This document shows, in pieces, positions 42,330-52,172 of a stretch of DNA of 64,000 nt (its first letter is position 1; every line of letters starts with the position of its first letter). The DNA is from a virus, in IMG/VR virus record IMGVR_UViG_3300042988_000341, positions 1-64,000 of that record. One strand, 5' to 3'. Under the pieces are notes generated by a model. The model worked only from the letters and a program-made list of their open reading frames with translations, was not told where the DNA came from and did no database searches. A program made the translations under genes and the position numbers.

Positions 42330-43251
42330 GACCCAGGAAGAAGTATTAGAAGTTATAGAGATAGATGAACTTGACATAGTATACCTATCATATGATGAAC
42401 CACAGAAAGAAGACTTCTGGATCAAACTAAAGAACATGGCTCCATGGGCTACTAGAGTAGATGGAGTTCGAGGTAGTGATGCTGCTCATAAGGCAGCTGC
42501 CGCCGCGTCCAATACTGAACGATTCATTCTAGTGGATGGTGACAATATGTTAGAAGAGCACTTCCTGGACGAGTGCCTAACTATCACCGCTAGTAATCGG
42601 GATGCTCAATTCCGTTGGCGGGCCAAGAACTGTATCAATGGCCTCCACTATGGCAATGGTGGCGTATCATGTTGGACCAGATCCTATATCAACAATATGC
42701 GTACTCACGAGGCCAGTGATCCCACTAATACTCGAACTAACATTGAGTTCTGCCTGGATCCTAATTATTGGCCTATGCATAACTGCTACTCTACCACCTA
42801 CCCTAACTATACTCCTCAACAGGCATGGAGAGCAGGATTCCGTGAAGGTGTAAAGATGTGTAATCGCGATGGTCCAATGCCTGCTAGCGCCAGCACCTTC
42901 CTCCAACATGTATGGCCAGGCAATCTCCAGAATCTCCACATATGGCAAACCATCGGGCGTGACGTAGAGAATGGTCAGTGGGCTATACTAGGAGCTAGAC
43001 TAGGCACACACTATCTAATGTTACGTGACTGGGACTATAGAGAAGTACAGGACTTTAGCTGCTTAGACCGACTATGGGAGCTACATAAGAATGATGATGA
43101 GCACGTAGCTCACGAGTTGATGCTAGACTTAAACAGGGCACTAGGCACTACGATAGTGGAGCTAGACGCAAGTGCCTCTAAATTCTTTAAAGATTACGTT
43201 AGTGTAAAATGGCGCAATACTGATATTATGAACAGAGAAACATATGAATGA
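42313..43251 (+). CDS. GT-A fold glycosyltransferase-like protein
   Basis: LDIVYLSYDEP, GVRGSDAAH, FILVDGD (DxD), NGLHYGNGG, AWRAGFREGVKM. Confidence 0.65.
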   Translation: MKLNDKTQEEVLEVIEIDELDIVYLSYDEPQKEDFWIKLKNMAPWATRVDGVRGSDAAHKAAAAASNTERFILVDGDNMLEEHFLDECLTITASNRDAQFRWRAKNCINGLHYGNGGVSCWTRSYINNMRTHEASDPTNTRTNIEFCLDPNYWPMHNCYSTTYPNYTPQQAWRAGFREGVKMCNRDGPMPASASTFLQHVWPGNLQNLHIWQTIGRDVENGQWAILGARLGTHYLMLRDWDYREVQDFSCLDRLWELHKNDDEHVAHELMLDLNRALGTTIVELDASASKFFKDYVSVKWRNTDIMNRETYE

Positions 43252-44818
43252 ACAACGAATAAATGTTAGTGATATTCACTGGTTCAGAACAGGAAACAAG
43301 TCTGATCATGGCCGAAATGTTGAGTCAATTAAGCAATTACTTGGTCAAGTTGGTCCAGGGTTCTGCTTAGCTAAGTTCAGCCAGGTCACTATGCATCTAG
43401 GTCAAGGTACAGTTCATAGTTGTCACCACCCTAGAGTTCATCATATACCACTAGAGGAACTCAAAGAATCCCCAGCAGCCCTGTTTAATAGCAGGTACCT
43501 ACAGGGATTAAGAACTGAGATGAAGGCAGGTGAACGTCCATCGGAGTGTGGATACTGCTGGAGAATTGAAGATGGTCAGGGTACTGGCACTAGTGATAGG
43601 TTCCTCAAAAGTATGACTGAATGGTCAGTACCACACTATGATATTGCTATTAATAGCACTGATACTACTATACACTATCCGTCCTATCTAGAGGTTGACT
43701 TTAGTAATGTCTGTAACTTTGAATGTATCTACTGTGGTCCAGAGTTCAGTAGTAAGTGGGTAGAGAACATCAATCGTCATGGTCCAGTTATTATGCTTAG
43801 AAATACTGATGGCTTGACTGGACAACAGGGATACAAGTCAGACTATGCTACTATGCACTACAAGAACAAGGATCATAACCCACATCTAGAGGCGTTCTGG
43901 CAATGGTGGCCAGAGATGGTCGGTCATCTCAGAGTATTCCGCATTACTGGTGGTGAGCCATTAATGAGTCGAGAAACATTTAAGATGATGGATTACTTTG
44001 CTGAGAACCCGCACCCAGATATAGAACTAAACATCAATAGTAATCTAGGCGTACCACAGAAACTATGGGATGAATTCATCTCTAAGGTGGAGAAGCTAGA
44101 TAGGAACAATCTAACGGTATATACCTCAGTGGACGCATGGGGCGCTAGAGCTGAATACATTCGAACTGGCTTAGACTTCCAGTTATTCCAACAACGATAT
44201 ATCCAGCTATGTGAATTGGGTATTAAAGTTAATACTATGTGTACATTTAACATTCTAAGTGTTACTAGTATCTTAGATTACCTTAAGTGGATAATTGAGA
44301 TGAAGCGTAGATTCAACTATAATGCGTACTATGCTGACTTAGAGCAGAAATTTGGCTTTAAGTGGTCAACTCAGGCTACAGTTAATAAACCAATTAAGGT
44401 AGGTATAGACATGCCGTATCTACGTCACCCACTACACTTAGACGTACTGGCCACAATCAACCAACAGTTAATTCAAGATTATTTAATCCCAGCATTCAAA
44501 TTTGTACAGGAGAATCAGAGTACCACGATTGTTACTGAGGATGGCACTGAACTAAGCTCCTGTACGGGGTTCGAAGCACATGAGGTAGCAATGTTTACTA
44601 GAATCGTTACTGACATCTTAGATAGATGGAGAACCAGAGATGGTGAACGTGTTAGACACGAACGAGCCAAGCTATTTGACTTCCTAACTGAGATCGACGA
44701 GCGCCAGGGCTCTAGCTTTAGAGATACATTCCCTGAGATGGAATCTCTATGGCAACGTTGCGAACTAGATATCGATAGTTATTATAACCCTGGTCCTCTA
44801 ACACTAACTAATATATGA
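43244..44818 (+). CDS. radical SAM enzyme with N-terminal twitch/SPASM domain
   Basis: CNFECIYC triad, TGGEP; N-terminal C...SCHH...CGYCW auxiliary cluster ligands. Confidence 0.9.
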   Translation: MNEQRINVSDIHWFRTGNKSDHGRNVESIKQLLGQVGPGFCLAKFSQVTMHLGQGTVHSCHHPRVHHIPLEELKESPAALFNSRYLQGLRTEMKAGERPSECGYCWRIEDGQGTGTSDRFLKSMTEWSVPHYDIAINSTDTTIHYPSYLEVDFSNVCNFECIYCGPEFSSKWVENINRHGPVIMLRNTDGLTGQQGYKSDYATMHYKNKDHNPHLEAFWQWWPEMVGHLRVFRITGGEPLMSRETFKMMDYFAENPHPDIELNINSNLGVPQKLWDEFISKVEKLDRNNLTVYTSVDAWGARAEYIRTGLDFQLFQQRYIQLCELGIKVNTMCTFNILSVTSILDYLKWIIEMKRRFNYNAYYADLEQKFGFKWSTQATVNKPIKVGIDMPYLRHPLHLDVLATINQQLIQDYLIPAFKFVQENQSTTIVTEDGTELSSCTGFEAHEVAMFTRIVTDILDRWRTRDGERVRHERAKLFDFLTEIDERQGSSFRDTFPEMESLWQRCELDIDSYYNPGPLTLTNI

Positions 44819-46116
44819 ATAATAATATGAATAATAATAAAACAATATGCGCGGTACCCTTTGTTAGTACCATGATTAACACTGATACTACAGTTAGATA
44901 CTGCTGTATGGTAGCTAAATGGACTAATAGCAGAGTCACCAAAGATGATGGCTCATCATATACATGTAGAGATAACTTTACTACTGATTCCTGGAATAGT
45001 CAGTATATGCGAAACTTACGAGTGTCTATGTTACGAGGTGAAACTATTACTGGCTGCGACACTTGTTACAAACAAGAGGAAGACGGCAGAACTAGTAATA
45101 GACAGCACAGTATCATGGAGTGGAATTGGCGCATAGGCGAGGACCAACTGCGCGACATCTTTAAACATGCTGAGGCCAACGATGGCCATCTCGATATGCC
45201 GCCGGTATACCTGGACCTACGACTAGGTAATCTGTGTAATCTTAAATGTCGTATGTGTAACCCGTGGAATAGTAGTCAAATTGTCAGAGAGCACAAGGAC
45301 AGCTTGGTTAATAACCCCGAATACATTCGAGTATGGGAGAAGACTTTTGGTAAATTCCCAGAGAAGGTTATGGATGAACAAGTATGGTTCGATGGTGATG
45401 TTCTATGGGATCAAGTAATATCATTAATCCCTGTACTAAAGAAAGTATACATGACTGGAGGCGAGCCTACCTTAATCAAAAACAACTTTAAGTTCATGGA
45501 AGAATGTATCAAACAAGGTAGAACAGACATTGCCCTGTTCTTTAACACTAACTGCACTAATATCAACAGACAGTTCTTAGGACTAATTAGTCAGTTCGAT
45601 GAAGTAAGTATCAACGCTAGTATGGATGGTATCGGTATAGTTAACGATTATATCCGCGCCCCTAGTAAGTGGGAACAAATCAGCACTAACATCGAGCGAT
45701 TGGCTGAACTACCAAACGTTAAACTGGGAGTTACTCCTACGATACAGGTGTATAATGTCTATAATATAGTGGCCATGATCAAATGGGTAGAGCATATTCG
45801 AACTAAGTACGAACGAGATATCTTTATTGACTTCCTCATCAACCAGCATCCACTACACCTGAACACCAATATATTGCCTCAACACATTAAAGATGAGGTT
45901 ATCGCGGAGGTGGTAGATTTCAAAGATAATCATATGGCTAATCATCATCCAATGACTATCAACAGTTTGACTGGACTAATAGGACATTTAAAAACGCCCA
46001 CTCCTCCTAATCATCAAGAGCAACTAGAGCGCTTCAAGGTATATACCAGGGCACTGGATACAGAACGTGGTCAATCATTGATTGATGTAGACGCAAGATT
46101 AACAGGATTATTATGA
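44815..46116 (+). CDS. radical SAM enzyme with N-terminal twitch/SPASM domain
   Basis: CNLKCRMC, TGGEP; N-terminal CAVPF...CC...CDTC. Confidence 0.9.
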   Translation: MNNNMNNNKTICAVPFVSTMINTDTTVRYCCMVAKWTNSRVTKDDGSSYTCRDNFTTDSWNSQYMRNLRVSMLRGETITGCDTCYKQEEDGRTSNRQHSIMEWNWRIGEDQLRDIFKHAEANDGHLDMPPVYLDLRLGNLCNLKCRMCNPWNSSQIVREHKDSLVNNPEYIRVWEKTFGKFPEKVMDEQVWFDGDVLWDQVISLIPVLKKVYMTGGEPTLIKNNFKFMEECIKQGRTDIALFFNTNCTNINRQFLGLISQFDEVSINASMDGIGIVNDYIRAPSKWEQISTNIERLAELPNVKLGVTPTIQVYNVYNIVAMIKWVEHIRTKYERDIFIDFLINQHPLHLNTNILPQHIKDEVIAEVVDFKDNHMANHHPMTINSLTGLIGHLKTPTPPNHQEQLERFKVYTRALDTERGQSLIDVDARLTGLL

Positions 46117-47378
46117 TTGACATTAATAAACTTTGTGTGCAGCCATGGATGCACCTAGCCAGCTTTAATAATGGCCAGGTGCCTCTATGTTGCGTTGCTC
46201 AACCAGAGCAAGGTATTAATTTAAATACCCAAACGCCGATCCAAATATGGAATAGCCAACAGTTTAAAACTGCTAGATTGCAGTTCTTAGCCGGTGAACA
46301 ACCACCACAATGTAGTGCTTGTTGGCGCGAAGAGGCGGCTGGAGTTAAAAGTCACCGCCAGATTGAGAATACAATGTGGTCGCGAATCCTGGGTCCAGAG
46401 TATCTACAAGAGTTAATTGCTAGTACTGGCGAAGATGGCACTCTTGATAGAAACCCAATTACCTTAGATTTGCGTATAGGTAATACCTGTAATCTACAGT
46501 GCGTTATGTGTAGGCCGCATGATAGTAGCAGATGGCTAGCTGATAGTCGGAAACTAGCCCAATCATTGACTAGTCCTGGTGCTCGTGGTGATTGGGAATA
46601 TAAGGCTACCAGTATCAAGTCAACTGATTGCTTTGACTGGTTCTCTAGACTAGAAACTCAGAATGCCCTGGGCGAATTCATGGGAGATATTCAGAGAATT
46701 GTCTTTGGCGGCGGCGAGCCACTAATGCTTAAAGAACACTTAGAGTTTATTACTAGACTGGTAGAGTCAGGTCACGCTGGGAACATTACCCTGGGCTATC
46801 ATACTAATGGCACTCAATTAACTGAACGATTCATTGAGTTATGGAGTCACTTTAAAGCAGTAGAGTTAATGATTAGTGTGGACGACTGGGGACAACGTAA
46901 CGACTACGTAAGATACCCTAGCAGTTGGTCAACTTTGCTAGCTAACCTAGACAGACTAGATAATACTGCTGACAATATTAAGGTTAATATCTTGGCTACA
47001 GTACATGCTATGAATATCTACAATCTACCTGAGTTCGCCCAGCAGGTCTTAGACCGAGGATGGTCCAAGATAGGTAGCAGAAATCACGGTCTGTTCTTTG
47101 TGGGCACCACCCACTGGCCTCAATATATGAGTACTCAAGTACTACCTGCCACAATTAAAGATCAGGTAGCTAGTCATTGGGCTAAATTTCCTGCTATAAT
47201 GGAGCATCCTCAGTGGCGGAACAGAATTCACCAACAACTAGAGTTCATGCTGAGTAGAGATGAGTCTAGTAGATTCCCGGACCTCGTTGATTATATCGAC
47301 CGTCTCGATGACATTAGGCCCATCAAGTTCAAGGATCTATACAGTGAATACTATCAACTCCTTCGAGGCACACAATGA
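46113..47378 (+). CDS. radical SAM enzyme with N-terminal twitch/SPASM domain
   Basis: CNLQCVMC, GGGEP; N-terminal CVQPW...CC...CSAC. Confidence 0.9.
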   Translation: MIDINKLCVQPWMHLASFNNGQVPLCCVAQPEQGINLNTQTPIQIWNSQQFKTARLQFLAGEQPPQCSACWREEAAGVKSHRQIENTMWSRILGPEYLQELIASTGEDGTLDRNPITLDLRIGNTCNLQCVMCRPHDSSRWLADSRKLAQSLTSPGARGDWEYKATSIKSTDCFDWFSRLETQNALGEFMGDIQRIVFGGGEPLMLKEHLEFITRLVESGHAGNITLGYHTNGTQLTERFIELWSHFKAVELMISVDDWGQRNDYVRYPSSWSTLLANLDRLDNTADNIKVNILATVHAMNIYNLPEFAQQVLDRGWSKIGSRNHGLFFVGTTHWPQYMSTQVLPATIKDQVASHWAKFPAIMEHPQWRNRIHQQLEFMLSRDESSRFPDLVDYIDRLDDIRPIKFKDLYSEYYQLLRGTQ

Positions 47379-48388
47379 AACACGAAATCGGCGAAAGTGA
47401 TATCATATTCATGAGTAAGACGGAGATATCTAAGCACACTGCTGAGTATCTACACTCCAATGGTCCTAACTCATGGAAGGACTGGTGGTGCAGCGCTGGA
47501 TTAAGGTCCCTGTACATCAGTCATGATGGGTTAATCTATAGAGGCACGTGTCAGGTAGACGGCGTGATTGGTAGTATCTATAACACCGGTAGTCCTAGAG
47601 CAGTAGAACTAAGTCAATGGGTTAAATGTACCGCGGATACATGTATGTGTGCTCCCGATATGAGAGCTCCTAAAGTAGTTAATATTGAAAATAGCAACAT
47701 TGTTGGCATGACCCATCAATATTTGCCTAAGGCGTACTGGGTTAATAACGCAGAAGTGGATCTGGTCAATGACCCATATGTTACATATAGCCAGGCCCAT
47801 GAGGAGTTTAAACTAGTCATATGGGAACTAGGTCGACGCTGTAACTATGATTGTTGGTATTGTGGTCCAGATGCCCATAATACATACGAGAGTCAAAAGA
47901 CCCTAGGTTCACTATTAGCGGCGGTCCGCCAACTACAGATTATATGGCTTAATAGTCAACCAGCCAAGTTTGTATTCGCTGGTGGCGAATCAACATTCAA
48001 CCCAGACTTCATGGAGTTTGCTAATCATCTACACAAGGACGGTCACAGAATTCATACAACTACCAATGGCAGTCATACCACCGCGTACTACACTGAACTA
48101 GCTAGGATATCTGATATCTCATTTAGCGCTCACCTCAGTTATCTTGAGACTCCAAACATCGCAAAGAAGTTTATAGCAAACGTAGCAGCAGCAACCATCA
48201 ACGCGGGATTAAACTATATCGAGGTCAGAATCATGCTCCAACCAGGTAAATTACTCCAGGCCCAGGAGCTCCATACTCGCTTAATAGAAGTTACTCCACG
48301 TGTTACAGTCGATCTCCTACATAACGAAACTAAGACTACCATTGAATATACCGCCCAAGAAGTCCAATGGGCTACCAGTCATCAATAA
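47375..48388 (+). CDS. radical SAM enzyme with N-terminal Cys-rich auxiliary domain
   Basis: CNYDCWYC, AGGES, TTNGS; N-terminal CSAG...GTC...C...CMC. Confidence 0.85.
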   Translation: MKHEIGESDIIFMSKTEISKHTAEYLHSNGPNSWKDWWCSAGLRSLYISHDGLIYRGTCQVDGVIGSIYNTGSPRAVELSQWVKCTADTCMCAPDMRAPKVVNIENSNIVGMTHQYLPKAYWVNNAEVDLVNDPYVTYSQAHEEFKLVIWELGRRCNYDCWYCGPDAHNTYESQKTLGSLLAAVRQLQIIWLNSQPAKFVFAGGESTFNPDFMEFANHLHKDGHRIHTTTNGSHTTAYYTELARISDISFSAHLSYLETPNIAKKFIANVAAATINAGLNYIEVRIMLQPGKLLQAQELHTRLIEVTPRVTVDLLHNETKTTIEYTAQEVQWATSHQ

Positions 48389-48390
48389 CT

Positions 48391-48495
48391 ATGCTTAAAA
48401 CACTAGCTAATCTCCTGTACTATGGCCCACTACTATGGTACAAACAACGCAAGAAACTCAAAGAGCTCCGTCGTCAAGACCCATTTACCTATTAA
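48391..48495 (+). CDS. unannotated 34-aa basic peptide ending DPFTY
   Basis: MLKTLANLLYYGPLLWYKQRKKLKELRRQDPFTY*; exactly fills the gap with 2-nt spacing (TAACTATG) on both sides. Confidence 0.7.
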   Translation: MLKTLANLLYYGPLLWYKQRKKLKELRRQDPFTY

Positions 48496-48497
48496 CT

Positions 48498-49259
48498 ATG
48501 AATACAATCATTATTAACGCCCATACCAGAACAGGCAGCGAACTTCTACTAGCTATTCTTCGTAGTCGAGGGTACTATACACTAGGTGAAATTGTTACTA
48601 ACTCGGTGCCACAATCATTCATCACTAATCACAGGCGGGACCCCAACTTCGAACACGAATACTTTGAACAGTTTAATCGTGGACTAAGATATCTACTTAA
48701 CGATACTAATGCGCCTAATAAGGTAGTTAAAGTAATGATCAACCATCGCCATGCTATTAGGCCATATATCTACCAATATGCTACCAGTCAAATACTACTA
48801 CATCGTCAGGATATGTTTGCTAGTCAGATTAGTCATGGAGTAGCTATGGCCAGTGGCCAATGGATTAAATGGGGCTCAAATCAACCATTGGAGTGGAAGT
48901 CATTGGCTACTCCATTCACTGGCACGTTAGATGCCCAGAACTTCGAGCAACGTCTCCAGTGGAGAATCTCGGACTATGAAGAATTACTTGAATCGACACC
49001 ACCGTATACCAGAGTAGTTATGTACGATGAACTAGTAGAATATGCCCGGGCTAAGCCCCACTCTCTATATACTATACCAACTGATCCACCAGTGATTAGT
49101 AATATCGAGGAGCTCCAGGACATATATTACAGGTATCTGCCTAGAGTCGAGGCTATTAATGGACGAATCACAGCAATCAAAACCTCTGCATGCAATAGTT
49201 TAGATAGTACAGATAGTACAGATACCACGTTCGCCCAATACTTAGATAGCCTATGTTAA
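48498..49259 (+). CDS. Stf0-like sulfotransferase
   Basis: 5'-PSB loop HTRTGSELL, GE, and 3'-PB-like LHRQDMFASQISHGVA..SGQW; start reassigned to ATG 48498. Confidence 0.7.
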   Translation: MNTIIINAHTRTGSELLLAILRSRGYYTLGEIVTNSVPQSFITNHRRDPNFEHEYFEQFNRGLRYLLNDTNAPNKVVKVMINHRHAIRPYIYQYATSQILLHRQDMFASQISHGVAMASGQWIKWGSNQPLEWKSLATPFTGTLDAQNFEQRLQWRISDYEELLESTPPYTRVVMYDELVEYARAKPHSLYTIPTDPPVISNIEELQDIYYRYLPRVEAINGRITAIKTSACNSLDSTDSTDTTFAQYLDSLC

Positions 49260-50011
49260 CCACCAGATACCATCAAACAGACTCCGAGGAGCTGCTGGCC
49301 TACAATATGGAGCATCAGCCCGCTAGCTGGCGCTGGCATAAGGAGACGTTTGACTATACCTTTAACAGTCGTGGGTGGAGAATGAATAAGGAGATCGAGG
49401 ACGTTGATTATTCTAACTATCTCCTGTTCCTAGGGTGTAGCTATACTGTGGGCATTGGGCTGCCAGTAGAAGAAACATTCCCCGCAATTATTGCCCAGCA
49501 GACTGGCAGGGACTATATTAATGCTGCCCAAGGTGGCACCAGTACCTATTACTCATGGCATACATGTATTGACCTTATCGCCACCCTGCCAGGGGCACCT
49601 GGTGCCATTGTTATTAACTGGCCAGCTCTCCACCGCAATATGTATTGGCAGGCTAACGGTCAGCCTGTCCATTGTAGTCCACGTTTGATGAATAATGTGC
49701 CCGCCGAGTTTAAAACAGGGTTCACTAGTCACTGGATGAATGAGACTGACCTGGTCAATAAATTTAATAAGGCCAGGCTGAGTCTCCAGCTGTTATGCGC
49801 GGCCAAGAATATTCCACTATGGGATTTCACTCAATTTGATACTCCTGTACAGCAGCAGACTGGTGTGCCGCTGATCATGGCCGATACTGGCAGTAGTGAC
49901 TCTAATGGTCGGTGGGCCAGAGATATTCAGCGTGGTAGTCAGTGGACCGCGCATCTTGGTCCCGACCATCACCAGTACGTGGCCAATCGATTCCTCGCGA
50001 ACTTTTCATAA
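49253..50011 (+). CDS. SGNH/GDSL-like hydrolase or acyltransferase
   Basis: Block I-like FLGCSYTVGIG, block II-like INAAQGGTS, C-terminal HLGPDHH. Confidence 0.6.
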   Translation: MLTTRYHQTDSEELLAYNMEHQPASWRWHKETFDYTFNSRGWRMNKEIEDVDYSNYLLFLGCSYTVGIGLPVEETFPAIIAQQTGRDYINAAQGGTSTYYSWHTCIDLIATLPGAPGAIVINWPALHRNMYWQANGQPVHCSPRLMNNVPAEFKTGFTSHWMNETDLVNKFNKARLSLQLLCAAKNIPLWDFTQFDTPVQQQTGVPLIMADTGSSDSNGRWARDIQRGSQWTAHLGPDHHQYVANRFLANFS

Positions 50012-50113
50012 CTTTATTTTTCTACTTACTCGTCCCAACTGCGTTGCAAATACTTTTTAGTGGTGGACGGCTAAAATAGCTAATAATCGCCTAATTAACG
50101 GTATTTTTCACTG

Positions 50114-50121
50114 AATAAATA
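50114..50121 (+). promoter_or_regulatory. late promoter box
   Basis: AATAAATA upstream of the carbamoyltransferase. Confidence 0.55.
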
Positions 50122-50139
50122 TAAAGAACTTTATCTACT

Positions 50140-51603
50140 ATGAACTACATTGGAATATCTTGTGGCTACCATGATGCTGCTATTACCGTTATTGACGGTA
50201 CTGGTAATATAGTGTATGCTGGTCATGCTGAGCGGTATGGTGGTGGTAAACATACTCCACACTTGAATAGTGGCATTATTAATGCTGCTATGGCTAGTAT
50301 CAATACTAGTACTGATAGTTATAGTCTACATTATTATGAGCGTCCACTAGTTAAATGGTTACGCAGATGGTGGGCTGGTGAGAGGCCATCGTGGAGGAGT
50401 ATAGATATAGGTAGTATTATTGGTACGCAGAATATGGCTCTACTTGGTTATGATAGTAGGAAGATTAATACTTATAATCATCATCTTAGTCATGCGGCTG
50501 CTGGCTTCCAAACTAGTCCATATATGGATGCTACTGTGGTTATTATTGATGCTATTGGTGAGTTTGAATGTGTTACTATATGGAAGGCAGGGTGGGATGA
50601 TGGTAGGGCAAAATATACGAGATTGTATACTAGATATTATCCGAATTCGATCGGACTCTTTTATACTGGAATTACTAGAAGGTGTGGCCTACGCCCATTA
50701 GACGAGGAGTATATCTTAATGGGTATGGCTGCCTATGGTGTTCCTAGATATGTTGAGGAGATGAGGCGGTTATTAGATATGAATTTACATCGTGGTTGTG
50801 ATTGGTTCTTGCCTGATGCTGATATCTATGACTTGGCTGCTAGTGCACAGGTGCTGGTGGAGGAGCTAATAGTGGAGGTGGTGGAGATTGCTAAAAAAAT
50901 TGGAGCTAGCTCCAATTTAGTATACGGTGGTGGTCTAGCATTAAACTGTAGGGCGAATAGATTGCTGGGTGATTATTATTCTAATGTATGGATTATGCCT
51001 AATCCTGGTGATGCTGGTAGTAGTTTAGGCGCGGCCGCTCTAGGTTATGGTGGCCGAATTAAGTTTAATAATTGCTATTTGGGCACTAATATTAGTGGAC
51101 AGTATCCGGTTACGGAGTTGTTGGAGGAGTTATTATCTACTGGTATAGTTGGAGTAGCATCAGGTAGGGCGGAGTTTGGTCCACGAGCCTTGGGTAATAG
51201 AAGTTTATTAGCTGACCCTAGAGGTAAGGATATTCGAACTAGGGTGAATAATATTAAACAACGCCAGCAATTTAGACCATTTGCTCCTGTTATCTTAGAG
51301 GAGCATGCCGATATGTACTTTGATCTGGTACCGGGTGTTAATAGTCAATATATGCAGGTAGTGGCTAGATGTAGAGTGCCAGAATTATTCCCTGCTATTG
51401 TTCATTATGATGGTACCAGTAGAGTTCAAACAGTAGCGGCAGATGGTTCTGGCATCCGACTATTATTGGAGGCATGGTACGAGAGGACAGGTTGCCCTAT
51501 GTTATTAAATACCTCGCTGAATATTCGAGGTAGGCCTATGGTTAATACCCAGGAGGATGCTGCTCAGTTTGAGGCTGAATATGGTGTTCGGGTATTAAGT
51601 TAA
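50140..51603 (+). CDS. NodU/CmcH/TobZ-family O-carbamoyltransferase
   Basis: GYHDAA, HHLSHAA, DAIGE, GGLALNC, PGDAGSSLGAA, EFGPRALGNRSLLADPR, FRPFAP, LLNTSLN. Confidence 0.95.
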   Translation: MNYIGISCGYHDAAITVIDGTGNIVYAGHAERYGGGKHTPHLNSGIINAAMASINTSTDSYSLHYYERPLVKWLRRWWAGERPSWRSIDIGSIIGTQNMALLGYDSRKINTYNHHLSHAAAGFQTSPYMDATVVIIDAIGEFECVTIWKAGWDDGRAKYTRLYTRYYPNSIGLFYTGITRRCGLRPLDEEYILMGMAAYGVPRYVEEMRRLLDMNLHRGCDWFLPDADIYDLAASAQVLVEELIVEVVEIAKKIGASSNLVYGGGLALNCRANRLLGDYYSNVWIMPNPGDAGSSLGAAALGYGGRIKFNNCYLGTNISGQYPVTELLEELLSTGIVGVASGRAEFGPRALGNRSLLADPRGKDIRTRVNNIKQRQQFRPFAPVILEEHADMYFDLVPGVNSQYMQVVARCRVPELFPAIVHYDGTSRVQTVAADGSGIRLLLEAWYERTGCPMLLNTSLNIRGRPMVNTQEDAAQFEAEYGVRVLS

Positions 51604-52172
51604 ACGCCGCATACTACTAGATGAATACGCTCCTCTAGCCCGCCATTATATACCCAGTGAACTTCCCTAGTATCTAATTCATACCAATGATTATCTAGTG
51701 GAAGATGATAACAGCTAGCGGTAGTAGGTAGTTCACTTCTGTCTAGGTTCATATCAGTGGTAGCATGTGCTACCTGTGCTCCTGGATTAGTTTTTAATAC
51801 TAGATGATATCTGACCTCGGCGTCCTTATGTACACTTAGGCCAGTTTTAGGTGGTAATCTCATAAATCTAATTCTACCTAGCCTAATATCAAGATGTTCT
51901 TGTAACTCCTCAATACAACGGCGAACTGTCCAGGTATTATCAATATTCCACTGGGTGAAGTCTACCTCGTGCGCTCTGTAACCACCAATACTTGATGAAT
52001 ATAAACTACCAGTGCCGTCTCTCCAGCAATCTATACTGGTTGGTTGAGAATTTAATGCTAGTTGATTCATGTCCTGCCATACATCAGCTAGTATTTTATT
52101 ATCTAATAGTTGCTGTAAATCAGCTAGTACAGCCTGGGCAGGCGCGGTTAAATTTAATTTTTTAAGAAACAT
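51600..52172 (-). CDS. Asp/Asn beta-hydroxylase-like Fe(II)/2OG dioxygenase, copy A
   Basis: RIRFMRL...LSVHKD...RYHLVL...HWVYNGG..ERIHLV (HxD...H triad plus 2OG-binding Arg). Confidence 0.8.
   Translation of the reverse strand: MFLKKLNLTAPAQAVLADLQQLLDNKILADVWQDMNQLALNSQPTSIDCWRDGTGSLYSSSIGGYRAHEVDFTQWNIDNTWTVRRCIEELQEHLDIRLGRIRFMRLPPKTGLSVHKDAEVRYHLVLKTNPGAQVAHATTDMNLDRSELPTTASCYHLPLDNHWYELDTREVHWVYNGGLEERIHLVVCGV

Noticed and set aside
50012-50139. tRNA or riboswitch in the intergenic gap
   Set aside because: Only short stems; no cloverleaf, T-loop or recognisable aptamer consensus
50140-51603. Saxitoxin or Nod-factor biosynthesis proper
   Set aside because: Only generic tailoring families are shared; core genes (sxtA/sxtG, nodABC) are absent
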